Shown: positions 10,195-19,897 of the stretch, piece by piece | Numbering within the stretch: position 1 is the stretch's first letter | How the letters are laid out: every line of letters starts with the position of its first letter | Assembly: GCA_964419335.1 (NCBI GenBank) | Contig: CAYQOX010000024.1 | Coordinates: forward strand, 1,162 to 65,161 | Source: an uncultured bacterium | GTDB lineage: Bacteria; Hinthialibacterota; Hinthialibacteria; Hinthialibacterales; Hinthialibacteraceae | Length of the DNA: 64,000 bases | Direction: 5' to 3' | Made by a program: the position numbers and the translations under genes | Notes under the pieces: generated by a model | The model's database searches: none | Seen by the model: only the letters and a program-made list of their open reading frames with translations | Told to the model about the DNA's origin: nothing

Positions 10195-10848
10195 ATGTTG
10201 AAACGTCTCTGTCTTTATTGTTTATTACCTCTCTTTTTCACTTCCTGTTCCTGGATGAAATTCTGGGAAAAAAGTATGGAATATGATGATATTCAGCCCG
10301 AATATGAATCCCTGTTCGATGGCAAATCCCTGCGCCATTGGGTGGTCATGGGCAATCCCGAAGGCTTCCAAGTCCTCGATGGTGTCATTCGGAGCGAAGG
10401 CGGCCAATCCGGCGACTGGCTCCGCTCCGAAAAACAGTACGGGGATTTTGTCTTACAACTTGAATACCGGCTCTCCCCAGAAGGTAACAGCGGAGTCTTC
10501 TTCCGCTGCCAAGAAGATGGCCAACCCTGGGAAACCGGCTTTGAATGCCAACTCTCAAATGAGCAGCCCCCGCGCGATGAACTACATTGTACCGGCTCTC
10601 TCTATGGACTCGTCCCCGTCCAACAACGGCCGGATGAATCCCCTGAAGTCTGGCACCAATGCAAAATTATTTGCAAACAAGAACGCGTTATCATCTTCAT
10701 TGATGGCGTTCAAACCGTGAACGCCCGCATGGATACCCACGATGCCATCCACAATAAACCCATGAAAGGATATATCGGCTTACAAGATTCTCACACCGAG
10801 GAAGGAAAATGGGTCGAATTTCGCAATATCCAAATCCGTGAATGGTGA
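10195..10848 (+). CDS. lipoprotein, DUF1080 / 3-keto-disaccharide hydrolase-like (LamG-like jelly roll)
   Basis: Lipobox LFFTSC; DGKSLRHW, GNSGVFFR, GYIGLQDSHTEEGKWVEFRNIQIRE match the DUF1080 pattern. Confidence 0.7.
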   Translation: MLKRLCLYCLLPLFFTSCSWMKFWEKSMEYDDIQPEYESLFDGKSLRHWVVMGNPEGFQVLDGVIRSEGGQSGDWLRSEKQYGDFVLQLEYRLSPEGNSGVFFRCQEDGQPWETGFECQLSNEQPPRDELHCTGSLYGLVPVQQRPDESPEVWHQCKIICKQERVIIFIDGVQTVNARMDTHDAIHNKPMKGYIGLQDSHTEEGKWVEFRNIQIREW

Positions 10849-10859
10849 CCATCAATTTT

Positions 10860-11084
10860 GCTCATGTAATTTGTCTCTTTTTTGACACATCGAAAAGAAA
10901 GCATGACATAATTCTATAGCAAGACCTATGACTTTTTTAGAACTCAATGAATAGAACCAAAACGCCGAAGGGGCTTGTGTGAAGCGGCTTTCGTAGCAAG
11001 CGGCCCTTAAGGCCGCGCGGAGACAAGCGGAACTCATCCCCGAGGCGTTATCTCCAAAAAAAGTATTCACTTTCGTAGTAAGCC
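10860..11084 (+). mobile_element. MITE copy 4 (full length, 5' terminus divergent)
   Basis: Conserved core gcggcccttaaggccgcgcggagacaagcgg; flanks TCAATTTT / ACTAATTTT; starts immediately after the stop codon of 10195..10848. Confidence 0.75.
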
Positions 11085-11259
11085 ACTAATTTTCTTCTTG
11101 TAATGTATTTTCTGTTATGTTATTAATGGAAAAGAGCATGTTCTGATCATCTTGTTTATTTTTAGGAAAGGGGGGATAACCAACACTTATTCCAAATAAC
11201 AGAACCCAAAATGGACAAGTAGTTTTTCACAAAAGGATTAGGTTTGGGGAGGTATTCTT

Positions 11260-12273
11260 ATGAAAAAAAGAAATGCTTTTTTCTTAATTTGCTTCGTTTG
11301 TTCTTGTTGCCTTTCCTTGGGCTACACTCAGGATATTACAACATTCGACCCCAATGCCGATGGCCCCTGGAATGATCCGGAAGAAACCACCATCGTTGTT
11401 CCCAAAGTTCCACTTGGTTCAGTTCAATTGGACGCCGAACCCTCCGATGCCGAATATGGCGGCTTCGAAGGAAAAACTATCATCCCTATGGAACATGGCT
11501 GGATCCTTAACTGGCCGGACACCAGGCAGTGGGATGGCGAAGAAGATTCTACCTTCACCTTCTGGTTTGCTCATGATGATGAGAATCTTTACGTCGGTGT
11601 CGATGTTATTGACGATGTCGTGAACCAAGATCAAACCGATCCCGCTCAATTTTGGGCGGATGACTCACTAGAATTGGTTATCGATCCCGCTTTTTGGCAA
11701 TTGGACGCCGGTTTTAACGGCGAAGCCTTCGATTACGGCGGTCACATGTACTTTACCTGCAACGGAAAATTCTCCCATGTCACCGAAGACACCTACGAAC
11801 GCTTTCGCGATGAAGAAATTTTTGCTACCGAAGTCGATTGGACCTTTGGCCCTGATGGTGATATCTGGGCTGTCGGCGAAGAAACCGATCAGGGATGGGC
11901 TTTAGAAGCGCGTATCAACAAACGGGTTTTCGAAGATCCTGAAGCCGAAGCCCCTTGGGGTGAAACCAAAGAAATTATATTTGATAATGAATATGAAGCC
12001 GGCTACCAAATTGCCGTCGATGAGGATGATCAACACGCCGATCGGGATGATGGCTTTGAGTTACAATACTGGTTCCCTGTGACCAAAAAACTCCAAGGTT
12101 TTACGCCCGAAGACGCCGCCATTTGGACTCCCGAAGAAATCGCGAATGATGATCACATCGAAGGCCCTTATGCCTATGATATCGTACCCGGTGAACGCCT
12201 AAATTATGGCTCTTTGGGCACGATGATTTTCTCTTCCGAAATTACAGATGTAGGAGAATGGATGCTACAATAA
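11260..12273 (+). CDS. secreted acidic protein with CBM9-like (carbohydrate-binding family 9-like) domain
   Basis: Signal peptide; FWFAHDDENLYVGVDVIDDVV...DDSLELVIDP resembles CBM9/DOMON-like sugar-binding modules; GGGGAGG RBS. Confidence 0.45.
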   Translation: MKKRNAFFLICFVCSCCLSLGYTQDITTFDPNADGPWNDPEETTIVVPKVPLGSVQLDAEPSDAEYGGFEGKTIIPMEHGWILNWPDTRQWDGEEDSTFTFWFAHDDENLYVGVDVIDDVVNQDQTDPAQFWADDSLELVIDPAFWQLDAGFNGEAFDYGGHMYFTCNGKFSHVTEDTYERFRDEEIFATEVDWTFGPDGDIWAVGEETDQGWALEARINKRVFEDPEAEAPWGETKEIIFDNEYEAGYQIAVDEDDQHADRDDGFELQYWFPVTKKLQGFTPEDAAIWTPEEIANDDHIEGPYAYDIVPGERLNYGSLGTMIFSSEITDVGEWMLQ

Positions 12274-12379
12274 TCAAAACACTTCCTATCCCCCCACCCA
12301 TGAAGGCCGCCTTGCGCGGCCTTCTTTCTATCCACCCCTTAGCCATGGTTTGTATATCCATCCCTCGCACTTATAATAA

Positions 12380-13852
12380 ATGGATGATGTTATCTCGATG
12401 AATACTTCACTTGAAAGGGTCAAAACAGAATCGATGACAGAACACACCTCTCAATTACGTTTTTACAATACTGAAAGCCTTCGCAAAGATATCTTCGAAC
12501 CGCTCGAACCCGGCCTCGTTAAACTCTATACCTGTGGCCCTACGGTCTACGACTATGCCCATATCGGTAACTTTCGCGCTTATTTATTCGAGGACGTCTT
12601 ACGCCGTTATTTAAAATACAAAGGCTACCAAGTCAACCAAGTTATGAATATCACCGACGTCGAAGATAAAATCATCCGCGAAGCCAATCAACGGGGGATT
12701 TCGATTTTTGAATATGTAAAACCCTACCGCCAAGCCTTTTTCGAAGATCTCGATACTCTCAATATTGAACGAGCCGACCATTATCCCAATGCAACCGACT
12801 TTATCCCCAAAATGGTGGAAATTATCCAGGATCTTCAGCAAAAGGGATATACCTACGAAAAAGATGGCTCCATCTATTACAAAATCTCCAACTTCAAAGA
12901 CTACGGCCGCCTCTCTGGCATCCGCCCCGATCAAGTGAAAGTCGGCGCCCGCATCGATGCCGACGAATATGACAAAGAAGACGCCCGCGACTTCGTCCTC
13001 TGGAAAGCCCATCGCGAAAATGAACATGCCTGGGATACCCCCCTTGGCCGCGGCCGCCCAGGCTGGCACATTGAATGCTCTGCCATGTCCATGTACTATC
13101 TCGGCGATCAGCTCGATATCCACTGCGGCGGTGAAGATAACATTTTTCCCCATCACGAAAATGAAATCGCCCAAAGCGAAGCCCATACTGGCAAAAAATT
13201 TGTTAACTACTGGCTCCATTGCCGCCATCTCTTAGTCGAAGGCGAAAAAATGTCCAAGTCCAAGGGTAACTTTTTTACCCTCCGCGACCTCCTCGCCAAA
13301 GGCTTCCACCCCATGACTATACGCTATTTCATTGCAACCAGCCATTACCGCACTCCTGTGAATCTTACCATGGAAGCTTTACATGCCGCCCATTCCGCCT
13401 GGTCACGGATCATGGACTTCCGCGCCCGGGTAAAAGAATGGATCGATAAAGACGAAGCGGCTTCTCCTTCTCCACAAGTGGATGAATCCCTCTCCACCAT
13501 GCTATCTCGCTTTGAAAAACACATGGATGATGACCTCGATACCCCCCGCGCCGTGGCCGCCCTCTTCGATTTCATCCGGGATAGCAACAAACTCTTCGAC
13601 CAAACCGCCATCCCCCAAGCCCAAGCCCAAAAGGTCTTGCAGGCCCTGGATCAAATCGATTCTGTCTTTGGCATTGTTCAAGAAGAGGATGAAGGAATGT
13701 TGGATCATGAGATCGAACGCTTAATCGAGGAACGTCAACAAGCCCGTAAACAAAGAGACTTTACCACGGCCGATGCTATCCGCGATCAATTAGCCGCCCA
13801 GGGAATTCTTCTCGAAGACCGCCCCGACGGCGTGCGCTGGAAAAGAAGATGA
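12380..13852 (+). CDS. cysS: cysteine--tRNA ligase
   Basis: LYTCGPTVYDYAHIGNFR (HIGH region), KMSKSKGN, C-terminal DALRD-like segment; TATAAT at 12348. The true start may be an internal Met (12398 or 12434). Confidence 0.9.
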   Translation: MDDVISMNTSLERVKTESMTEHTSQLRFYNTESLRKDIFEPLEPGLVKLYTCGPTVYDYAHIGNFRAYLFEDVLRRYLKYKGYQVNQVMNITDVEDKIIREANQRGISIFEYVKPYRQAFFEDLDTLNIERADHYPNATDFIPKMVEIIQDLQQKGYTYEKDGSIYYKISNFKDYGRLSGIRPDQVKVGARIDADEYDKEDARDFVLWKAHRENEHAWDTPLGRGRPGWHIECSAMSMYYLGDQLDIHCGGEDNIFPHHENEIAQSEAHTGKKFVNYWLHCRHLLVEGEKMSKSKGNFFTLRDLLAKGFHPMTIRYFIATSHYRTPVNLTMEALHAAHSAWSRIMDFRARVKEWIDKDEAASPSPQVDESLSTMLSRFEKHMDDDLDTPRAVAALFDFIRDSNKLFDQTAIPQAQAQKVLQALDQIDSVFGIVQEEDEGMLDHEIERLIEERQQARKQRDFTTADAIRDQLAAQGILLEDRPDGVRWKRR

Positions 13853-13861
13853 AGTGGAGCC

Positions 13862-14548
13862 TCATTCTCCCTGAATGAATTTATACCCCATCCGATGCAC
13901 CGTGATAATATGCTTCGGATTCTCGGGATCGTCTTCTAACTTTTGCCGCAACTTCACGATATGATTATCCACCGTCCGCGTCGCAGGAAAATGGGAATAG
14001 CCCCACACTTGCTGTAAGAACTGTTCACGCGTTACGATCTCATTCTCATGCTCAATAAAAAGACGAAGCATCTCAAATTCACGGGGAGAAAACTCGATCG
14101 GCTTTCCCCCCTTCGTTGCAGTATAGGAATCAAAATCAATCACCACATCATCAAACTTATACTCATGAAGGCTATCCCGCTCTTGTTGAGTGCGCCGCAA
14201 AATCGCGTTGATCCGCGCCATCAGCTCCCGCAGATTAAACGGCTTCGTGATATAATCATCCGCCCCCGTCTCTAAACCGCCCACCTTATCGGCTTCCCCT
14301 CCACGAGCCGTCAGCATAATAATTGGCGTGGTGCAATTGGACGTTCGTAAATGCTGGCATACTTCAATCCCATCCTTCCCCGGCAGCATCAAATCAAGTA
14401 TGATTAAATCGAATCGTTCTTTCAGTGCCAAACGCAATCCCTCATTCCCATTGCCCGTGGCGACGGTTTCATAGCCTTCATACTCAAGATTGTCTTGTAA
14501 TCCCCGCCGCATATCCGGTTCGTCTTCAATGATGAGAATGCGTGTCAT
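13862..14548 (-). CDS. OmpR-family response regulator (REC + winged-helix)
   Basis: MTRILIIEDEPDMRRGL...LILDLMLPGKDG...; C-terminal trans_reg_C (VWGYSHFPATRTVDNHIVKLRQKL...GYKF). Confidence 0.85.
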   Translation of the reverse strand: MTRILIIEDEPDMRRGLQDNLEYEGYETVATGNGNEGLRLALKERFDLIILDLMLPGKDGIEVCQHLRTSNCTTPIIMLTARGGEADKVGGLETGADDYITKPFNLRELMARINAILRRTQQERDSLHEYKFDDVVIDFDSYTATKGGKPIEFSPREFEMLRLFIEHENEIVTREQFLQQVWGYSHFPATRTVDNHIVKLRQKLEDDPENPKHIITVHRMGYKFIQGE

Positions 14549-14554
14549 TTTTTT

Positions 14555-14650
14555 GGTTCATCCTGTATTTGAGTTCTTTTTGATACATTGAAAAGCAAAC
14601 ATGACATGATTCTAAGCGAGACCTTTGACTTTTTTCAGTGCATAAATAAA
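14555..14650 (+). mobile_element. MITE copy 5, 5' fragment only (~95 bp), abutting start codon of response regulator at 14548
   Basis: ggttcatcctgtatttgagttctttttgatacattgaaaagcaaacatgacatgattctaagcgagacc... then unrelated sequence; conserved core and 3' terminus absent. Confidence 0.7.
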
Positions 14651-14714
14651 AAAAACTTAAAGGAACTTCCCATTATTCCATAACCTATGATACAGAAGCA
14701 AGTTGTCGAGCCCC

Positions 14715-15830
14715 TTATTTTTGACTCTCTTCGCCCCATTTCTCTTTCCATCTCGGATAATCCTTTTCCAGCAACTGGCGTGCATAGCCCCCATACCAGC
14801 CATACCCCATTCGCCGCTCCGGCGTTATCTCCGCGATATCATAACGAACAACCCCATCACGGGCGCTAAAAATGGGACGGTTAGTCTCTATTTCATAAAA
14901 TCGCGCCCACAGGGTCGGTGCCTCCGGATCCTTCACAATAATAATATCATCCGTCCGCTCTCTTCCCTGAAGATCCTCCCAGGGCTCGACTTCCACCCGT
15001 TCCTTGCGTATTCCTTCGATCTTCGCTGGACCTTTGAACCATTCTACCGCGCTTTCTATCGCTTTCTTCACGCGTTCTGTCGGAGGCTCCATCCCCATTA
15101 GAAAACCCACGACACCCACACTTTCACTCCCACTAAGCGAGGGATGCTCATACGAACGCGCCCCTTCCGGCTTAAGCGTCTCTCGATGATGCTGGGCACA
15201 CCAAACCGTCAATTTCTCATCCACTTCAATTTGACAATCCAGGATGCACTCAATCCCTTTCTCTAACGCCTTTTCTGCTTTTACCCGTCGTTCTTCATCC
15301 ACAAACGTATAATTTTCTTCTTCTCGCGCCACTTTCCGCAGTACCGTCAACGCCCCAATCATCGCATTGTCATTAAAGGTAATGTGATCCGAGTATCCAC
15401 CCCGCAAGGGATAAAACTGAGGAAAGCCTCCATTCTCATACTGCGCTTCCAACAAGTACTCCAACCCTCGCCTAAATCCTTCACGAAAACGCTCGAGCCC
15501 CGTCACGCTGTACACCCGGGCGAGATAACCCATCTCCGTATGGGTCGCCCCATTATCTAGCGTTGAATCTTTACGCGACTTCCGCTCTCGTAATCTCTCT
15601 TTCTCCTCTTCCGAGAGAGGTCGTGTCATATCGGTGTTCTTCGGCCATCCCCCACTCGCGCGCTGAAACAACAGAAGATTATCCCCGATTCGAACCGCTT
15701 CTTCCGAGGCATACCACTCACTCGGCTGCCGCAGCATTTCTTTCCATGAGATGGGTTCCTCTTCGCCAACTCCAGCAGGAGTTGCCATGAGTATGAAAAT
15801 CGCAATCAATGAACTATAGCGTAGCCACAT
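14715..15830 (-). CDS. polysaccharide lyase family 10 (PelA/Pel-15E-type pectate lyase)
   Basis: WYASEEAVRIGDNLLLFQRASGGWPKN, DNGATHTEMGYLARVYSVTG, AQYENGGFPQFYPLRGGYSDHITFNDNAM match the Pec_lyase (PL10) signature; signal peptide. Confidence 0.75.
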   Translation of the reverse strand: MWLRYSSLIAIFILMATPAGVGEEEPISWKEMLRQPSEWYASEEAVRIGDNLLLFQRASGGWPKNTDMTRPLSEEEKERLRERKSRKDSTLDNGATHTEMGYLARVYSVTGLERFREGFRRGLEYLLEAQYENGGFPQFYPLRGGYSDHITFNDNAMIGALTVLRKVAREEENYTFVDEERRVKAEKALEKGIECILDCQIEVDEKLTVWCAQHHRETLKPEGARSYEHPSLSGSESVGVVGFLMGMEPPTERVKKAIESAVEWFKGPAKIEGIRKERVEVEPWEDLQGRERTDDIIIVKDPEAPTLWARFYEIETNRPIFSARDGVVRYDIAEITPERRMGYGWYGGYARQLLEKDYPRWKEKWGEESQK

Positions 15831-15869
15831 AAAGCCTCCTCAAAATACTTTCTATTACGAAAGGATAAA

Positions 15870-17183
15870 TTACGTTCCTATTTTTGGAAGCTGCCAAGGA
15901 TCACGATATTCCCGGCTTTGCAAATTCCGCGCTTCTTCATCACCGACAATCTCACCTTTGCTTCCATCCCATTGAATCTCACGCCCCACGCGCCATGAAA
16001 TCAACGCCAATAGCCCCGGCAAATTGGCTTCATAGCCCTCCACTGGCGTACACGCCGTCTCTTCCCGCGAACGCACGCAGTCCAGAAAATTCCTCTTATG
16101 CGGTACATCCCCGCCACCACTGGGAATCGTTTCCACTTCCTCCAAATCAGGCTCGGGGTAAAACTTCGCATGTCGCCGGTTCACCAAGACCGTCCCTTGA
16201 TCCCCATAGAAATACACCCCATGATCAATACCCGCTTCTTCCGGATCACAGGGAAAGCCATTCCCATGCCGTAGCGTATAAGAAAACGTATAATTCGGCG
16301 TATCGAATAACACCTCTGCCGTATCGGGTGTATCTCGCATATCCTCATGGGCATACTTCCCCCCAATCGTCGCCACCGAATTCATTTCGGCTCCCATCGC
16401 CCACATCACAATATCAAACAGATGCACCCCCCAGGCGATGATCATTCCTCCCGAATAATCCAAAAAGAAATAGAAATTTCGCAAAAATCGATTGGGATTA
16501 AAAGGACGCTTTGGCGCTGGGCCCAGCCATATATCATAATCCAACCCTTCCGGCACCGGCTCATCTTCTTTATGCCCAATCCCCTCCGGTCCACCGCTCA
16601 AATAGCCGGTGATAGGCCAAACATTAATGCAATAAGCCGAAGTAATCTTCCCCAATTTCCCCCGGCGCACCATTTCCACCGCTCGCTGAAATTGATCCAT
16701 ACTCCGCTGTTGTTGCCCCACCGTAACCACACGGTTATAATAATCAGCCGCCTCCATCAATCGTTTGCCTTCCTCTATCGTATGACACATGGGTTTTTCC
16801 ACATAAACATCTTTCCCCGCTTGACAAGCCATGATCGCCTGCAGTGCATGCCAATGATCGGTCGAGGAAATTACCACCGCATCCACCTCTTTATTCTCCA
16901 ACACCTCGCGAAAATCCTGAGTCTTTTGCACAGAATGCCCAAGACGTTCCGCATTTTGCTCAATATGGGGCCGATACGCATCGCTCAAAGATACGATGTT
17001 AACATCCTCAAAATCCTGTAATTGACGCAAATGAAAACTCCCTCGTCCCCCCAAACCAATGAATCCCAGATTGATCTTCTCATTCGCTCCCGCAGCCTTC
17101 ATACTTGGTACCGCACTGTAGACCGCGGCGGCACTCAACATCGCGCTTTGCTTCGAAAATTGACGGCGGTTTATCTTCGACAT
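15870..17183 (-). CDS. Tat-secreted Gfo/Idh/MocA family oxidoreductase
   Basis: RRQFSKQSAMLSAAA Tat signal; GFIGLGGRGSFH Rossmann motif; EKPM motif. Confidence 0.8.
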   Translation of the reverse strand: MSKINRRQFSKQSAMLSAAAVYSAVPSMKAAGANEKINLGFIGLGGRGSFHLRQLQDFEDVNIVSLSDAYRPHIEQNAERLGHSVQKTQDFREVLENKEVDAVVISSTDHWHALQAIMACQAGKDVYVEKPMCHTIEEGKRLMEAADYYNRVVTVGQQQRSMDQFQRAVEMVRRGKLGKITSAYCINVWPITGYLSGGPEGIGHKEDEPVPEGLDYDIWLGPAPKRPFNPNRFLRNFYFFLDYSGGMIIAWGVHLFDIVMWAMGAEMNSVATIGGKYAHEDMRDTPDTAEVLFDTPNYTFSYTLRHGNGFPCDPEEAGIDHGVYFYGDQGTVLVNRRHAKFYPEPDLEEVETIPSGGGDVPHKRNFLDCVRSREETACTPVEGYEANLPGLLALISWRVGREIQWDGSKGEIVGDEEARNLQSREYRDPWQLPKIGT

Positions 17184-17319
17184 TTCTTAGCCTCTTCCTT
17201 CCATTGATTAAATCGAATGAATTAACCTCTCCTAAATCCTTTCTAATCTAACATAAACCAACCCACAAATCGACATGACAAGACTTTTTTTCCCTTTTTC
17301 CCGCATTTTCTTCTTCTTG

Positions 17320-17328
17320 TGGTATAAT
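17320..17328 (+). promoter_or_regulatory. extended -10 promoter element TGgTATAAT
   Basis: tgtggtataatat located 15 nt upstream of MITE copy 6 and ~265 nt upstream of the sigma-54 activator gene. Confidence 0.35.
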
Positions 17329-17342
17329 ATCTTACGATACCT

Positions 17343-17571
17343 GGTTCATCCTGTTTTTGAGTACTTTTTGATACATTGAAAAGGAAACATGACATGATGC
17401 CATAGCGAGACCTATGACTTTTTTTCAATCCTAATGAATCGAATCAAAACGCCGAAGGAGATTGTGTGAAGCGGCTTTCGGAGCAAGCGGCCCTTAAGGC
17501 CGCGCGAAGACAAGCGGAACACATCCCCCAGGCGTGTGCTCCCAAAAAAGGACTCACTTTCGTGATGATCT
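17343..17571 (+). mobile_element. MITE copy 6 (full length) in the 5' leader of the sigma-54 activator gene
   Basis: Both termini and conserved core present; lies between a TGnTATAAT element and ATG 17593. Confidence 0.8.
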
Positions 17572-17592
17572 CGAATCCTTTACTTTCACTAA

Positions 17593-18978
17593 ATGAACAT
17601 TACTCTCATGAATCTCCATCTTCAAAATAATCACCATACAGACTTTGATATCATTCTCGACTCCATCGCCGATGGCGTGTTTACCGTCGATCACGAATGG
17701 AAAATCACCAGCTTTAACCGCGCAGCCGAAGAAATTCTTGGTATTCCCCGGGATGAGGCCATCGGTCGCCCCTGCTGCGAAGTCTTTCGCTCCAGCATCT
17801 GCGAAAGCCAATGCGCCCTAAGTGAAACCATGCGCTCCGGCCAATCCATTGTGAATAAAACCATCTTTGTCGTGAACACCAAAGGCGAAAAAATCCCCAT
17901 CAGCATTTCTACCGCCATCCTCAAAGATGAAGAAGGTAACATCATTGGCGGCGTAGAAACCTTCCGGGATGTCAGCCAAGTAGAAGAATTAAAAAAAGAA
18001 CTCACCAAACAATACTCCTTCATGGATATTCTCGGCCGCAGCCCCTCCATGCAAAACATCTTCGAAATTCTCCCCCATATCTCCCAAAGCAACGTCGCCG
18101 TTCTCCTCAGCGGCGAAAGCGGCACCGGCAAAGAACTCTTCGCCCGCGCCATCCATAATATCTCCCCCCGCGCCAAATATCCTTTCGTCGCGGTTAACTG
18201 TGCCGCCTTGCCCGATTCTTTACTGGAATCGGAACTGTTTGGCTACAAAGCCGGCGCCTTTACCGACGCAAAACACAATAAAGCCGGACGCTTTTCTCTC
18301 GCCCACCGCGGGTCTATTTTCCTCGATGAAATTGGCGATATCTCCCCCGCCATGCAGACGCGCCTTCTCCGCGTTCTCCAAGATCAAACCTTCGAACCGC
18401 TGGGCTCCACCGACTCAGTCCAAGTGGACGTCCGCATCATCACCGCTTCCAACAAGGACCTTTCCCAACTTGTTCAACAAGGGGTCTTTCGTGATGATTT
18501 ATACTACCGTATTAATGTCATCAAAATCGATATTCCCCCCTTGCGCGAACGCAAAGAAGATATCCCTCAATTGATCCAACATTTCGTCTCCAAATACAGC
18601 CGTTTAGAATCCAAAGAAATCTCCGGCGTCTCCGACTCCGTCATGGCCACACTGATGGATTACGAATTCCCTGGCAATGTCCGTGAATTGGAAAATATTA
18701 TCGCCCATTCCGTCGTTTTATGCAGCACCGGCACCCTCGAAATCCAACACCTCCCCTCCAACATTCTCCCCCAATCCCTCACTCCCTCCACTCCCTCCAC
18801 AAAACCCATGTCACTTCGCGATATGGAATCTTTCCATATCATGAATTCCATTCGTCAACATCACGGCAATCGCACCGCCGCTGCCAAAGCCCTGGGTATC
18901 CACCCCAGTACGTTGTTCCGCAAAATTAAAGAACTAAACCTCGATCTCCCTGATATGGACGGCCGCCATCGCAAATAA
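17593..18978 (+). CDS. PAS-domain sigma-54-dependent transcriptional activator (enhancer-binding protein, no REC domain)
   Basis: N-terminal PAS; AAA+ sigma-54 interaction domain (GESGTGKELFARAIH, ESELFGY, GAFTDA variant of GAFTGA, FLDEIGD); C-terminal HTH (AAAKALGIHPSTLFRKIKEL). Confidence 0.85.
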   Translation: MNITLMNLHLQNNHHTDFDIILDSIADGVFTVDHEWKITSFNRAAEEILGIPRDEAIGRPCCEVFRSSICESQCALSETMRSGQSIVNKTIFVVNTKGEKIPISISTAILKDEEGNIIGGVETFRDVSQVEELKKELTKQYSFMDILGRSPSMQNIFEILPHISQSNVAVLLSGESGTGKELFARAIHNISPRAKYPFVAVNCAALPDSLLESELFGYKAGAFTDAKHNKAGRFSLAHRGSIFLDEIGDISPAMQTRLLRVLQDQTFEPLGSTDSVQVDVRIITASNKDLSQLVQQGVFRDDLYYRINVIKIDIPPLRERKEDIPQLIQHFVSKYSRLESKEISGVSDSVMATLMDYEFPGNVRELENIIAHSVVLCSTGTLEIQHLPSNILPQSLTPSTPSTKPMSLRDMESFHIMNSIRQHHGNRTAAAKALGIHPSTLFRKIKELNLDLPDMDGRHRK

Positions 18979-19145
18979 TAGTATTGCATAATGCGATCCT
19001 CTTTATCCCTATTTACTCTCCTTTTGCAAGTCTGTCTTTTCGCTAATCTCTGTCCCCTCAAACAAAAATGCTTGAATCTATTATTTTTATAAAAGATTGT
19101 TCTCAATTCCCAAATTTGGCACGTTTCCTGTATACCTACCCTAAC

Positions 19146-19550
19146 ATGAAAGTATCAATCCCGGTTTGGAACCATAGGGTATCGCCCGTATTCGATACCG
19201 CCCGGCGTTTATTGGTCTTCACAGATACAGGAGAAGATCAAATTAAACAGGTGGAATACTTAGTCGAAGGACTTGACTTCTTCCACCGGGTCGAATGTCT
19301 CATTCGCATCGAAGTTGATGTGCTTATCTGTGGGGCTATTTCCAAACCTCTGGAAGATGAGATCGTTTCACGCGGGATTCAAGTCATTTCCCAAGTGTGC
19401 GGAAATGTAAACGAGGTATTCGAAGCCTATTGCTCCAAACGTATTTTTACCGATTACTTCTTGATGCCCGGCTGTTGTAAAAAAAGAAGAATTCGCAATC
19501 GGTTTAGAAAAAAGAAAGGAAAGGATCCATTACGTGAAAATCGCTATTAG
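19146..19550 (+). CDS. NifX/NafY-like (dinitrogenase FeMo-cofactor-binding fold, PF02579-type) small protein with basic Cys-containing tail
   Basis: MKVSIPVWNHRVSPVFDTARRLLVFTDTG...LICGAISKPLEDEIVSRGIQVI fits the NifB/NifX-family fold; ORF 19068 trimmed to ATG 19146. Confidence 0.5.
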   Translation: MKVSIPVWNHRVSPVFDTARRLLVFTDTGEDQIKQVEYLVEGLDFFHRVECLIRIEVDVLICGAISKPLEDEIVSRGIQVISQVCGNVNEVFEAYCSKRIFTDYFLMPGCCKKRRIRNRFRKKKGKDPLRENRY

Positions 19551-19896
19551 TTCCCAAGGGAAACACTTGGATAGTCCAATCGATCCTCGATTTGGACGCG
19601 CATCGTACTTCATCATCGTCGACACAGAAACAGACGAATTTACATGCCATGATAATGACCAAAACAAGAATGCCACCCAAGGCGCTGGGATCCAAACCGC
19701 CAGTACTCTCATTGATCTCGGCGTAAAGGCTGTCATTAGCGGCAACCTCGGCCCTAAAGCCTTTTCAACTTTACAAGCAGATAATATCGATATGTACACC
19801 ATGCCAGCCGGTACCGTCAACGAAGCCGTTACGAAATTTAAAACCAGTCAATTAAATTCTGTAAACAAAGCAAGCGTAGAAGGACGTTGGGTATAA
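19534..19896 (+). CDS. NifX/NafY-like (PF02579-type) cofactor-binding protein
   Basis: MKIAISSQGKHLDSPIDPRFGRASYFIIVD...GAGIQTASTLIDLGVKAVISGNLGPKAFSTLQADNI canonical family pattern. Confidence 0.7.
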   Translation: MKIAISSQGKHLDSPIDPRFGRASYFIIVDTETDEFTCHDNDQNKNATQGAGIQTASTLIDLGVKAVISGNLGPKAFSTLQADNIDMYTMPAGTVNEAVTKFKTSQLNSVNKASVEGRWV

Positions 19897-19897
19897 T

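Noticed and set aside
12611-13228. Long antisense ORFs inside confident genes (e.g. 12611..13228 within cysS, 16347..17021 within the oxidoreductase, 21316..21633, 54107..54628, 60338..60946)
   Set aside because: They lie fully inside well-supported genes on the opposite strand, lack RBS or domain signals, and are typical of GC-rich antisense frames.
18985-19145. Sigma-54 promoter upstream of the NifX cluster (TGGCACgtttccTGTAT at ~19115)
   Set aside because: Spacing and the -12 element (GT instead of GC) do not fit GG-N10-GC well. Not reported as a feature; needs a PWM scan.
19068-19145. N-terminal extension MLESIIFIKDCSQFPNLARFLYTYPN of ORF 19068..19550
   Set aside because: The family-typical N-terminus (MKVSIPV...) begins at ATG 19146. 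The upstream extension has no RBS and is probably non-coding leader.
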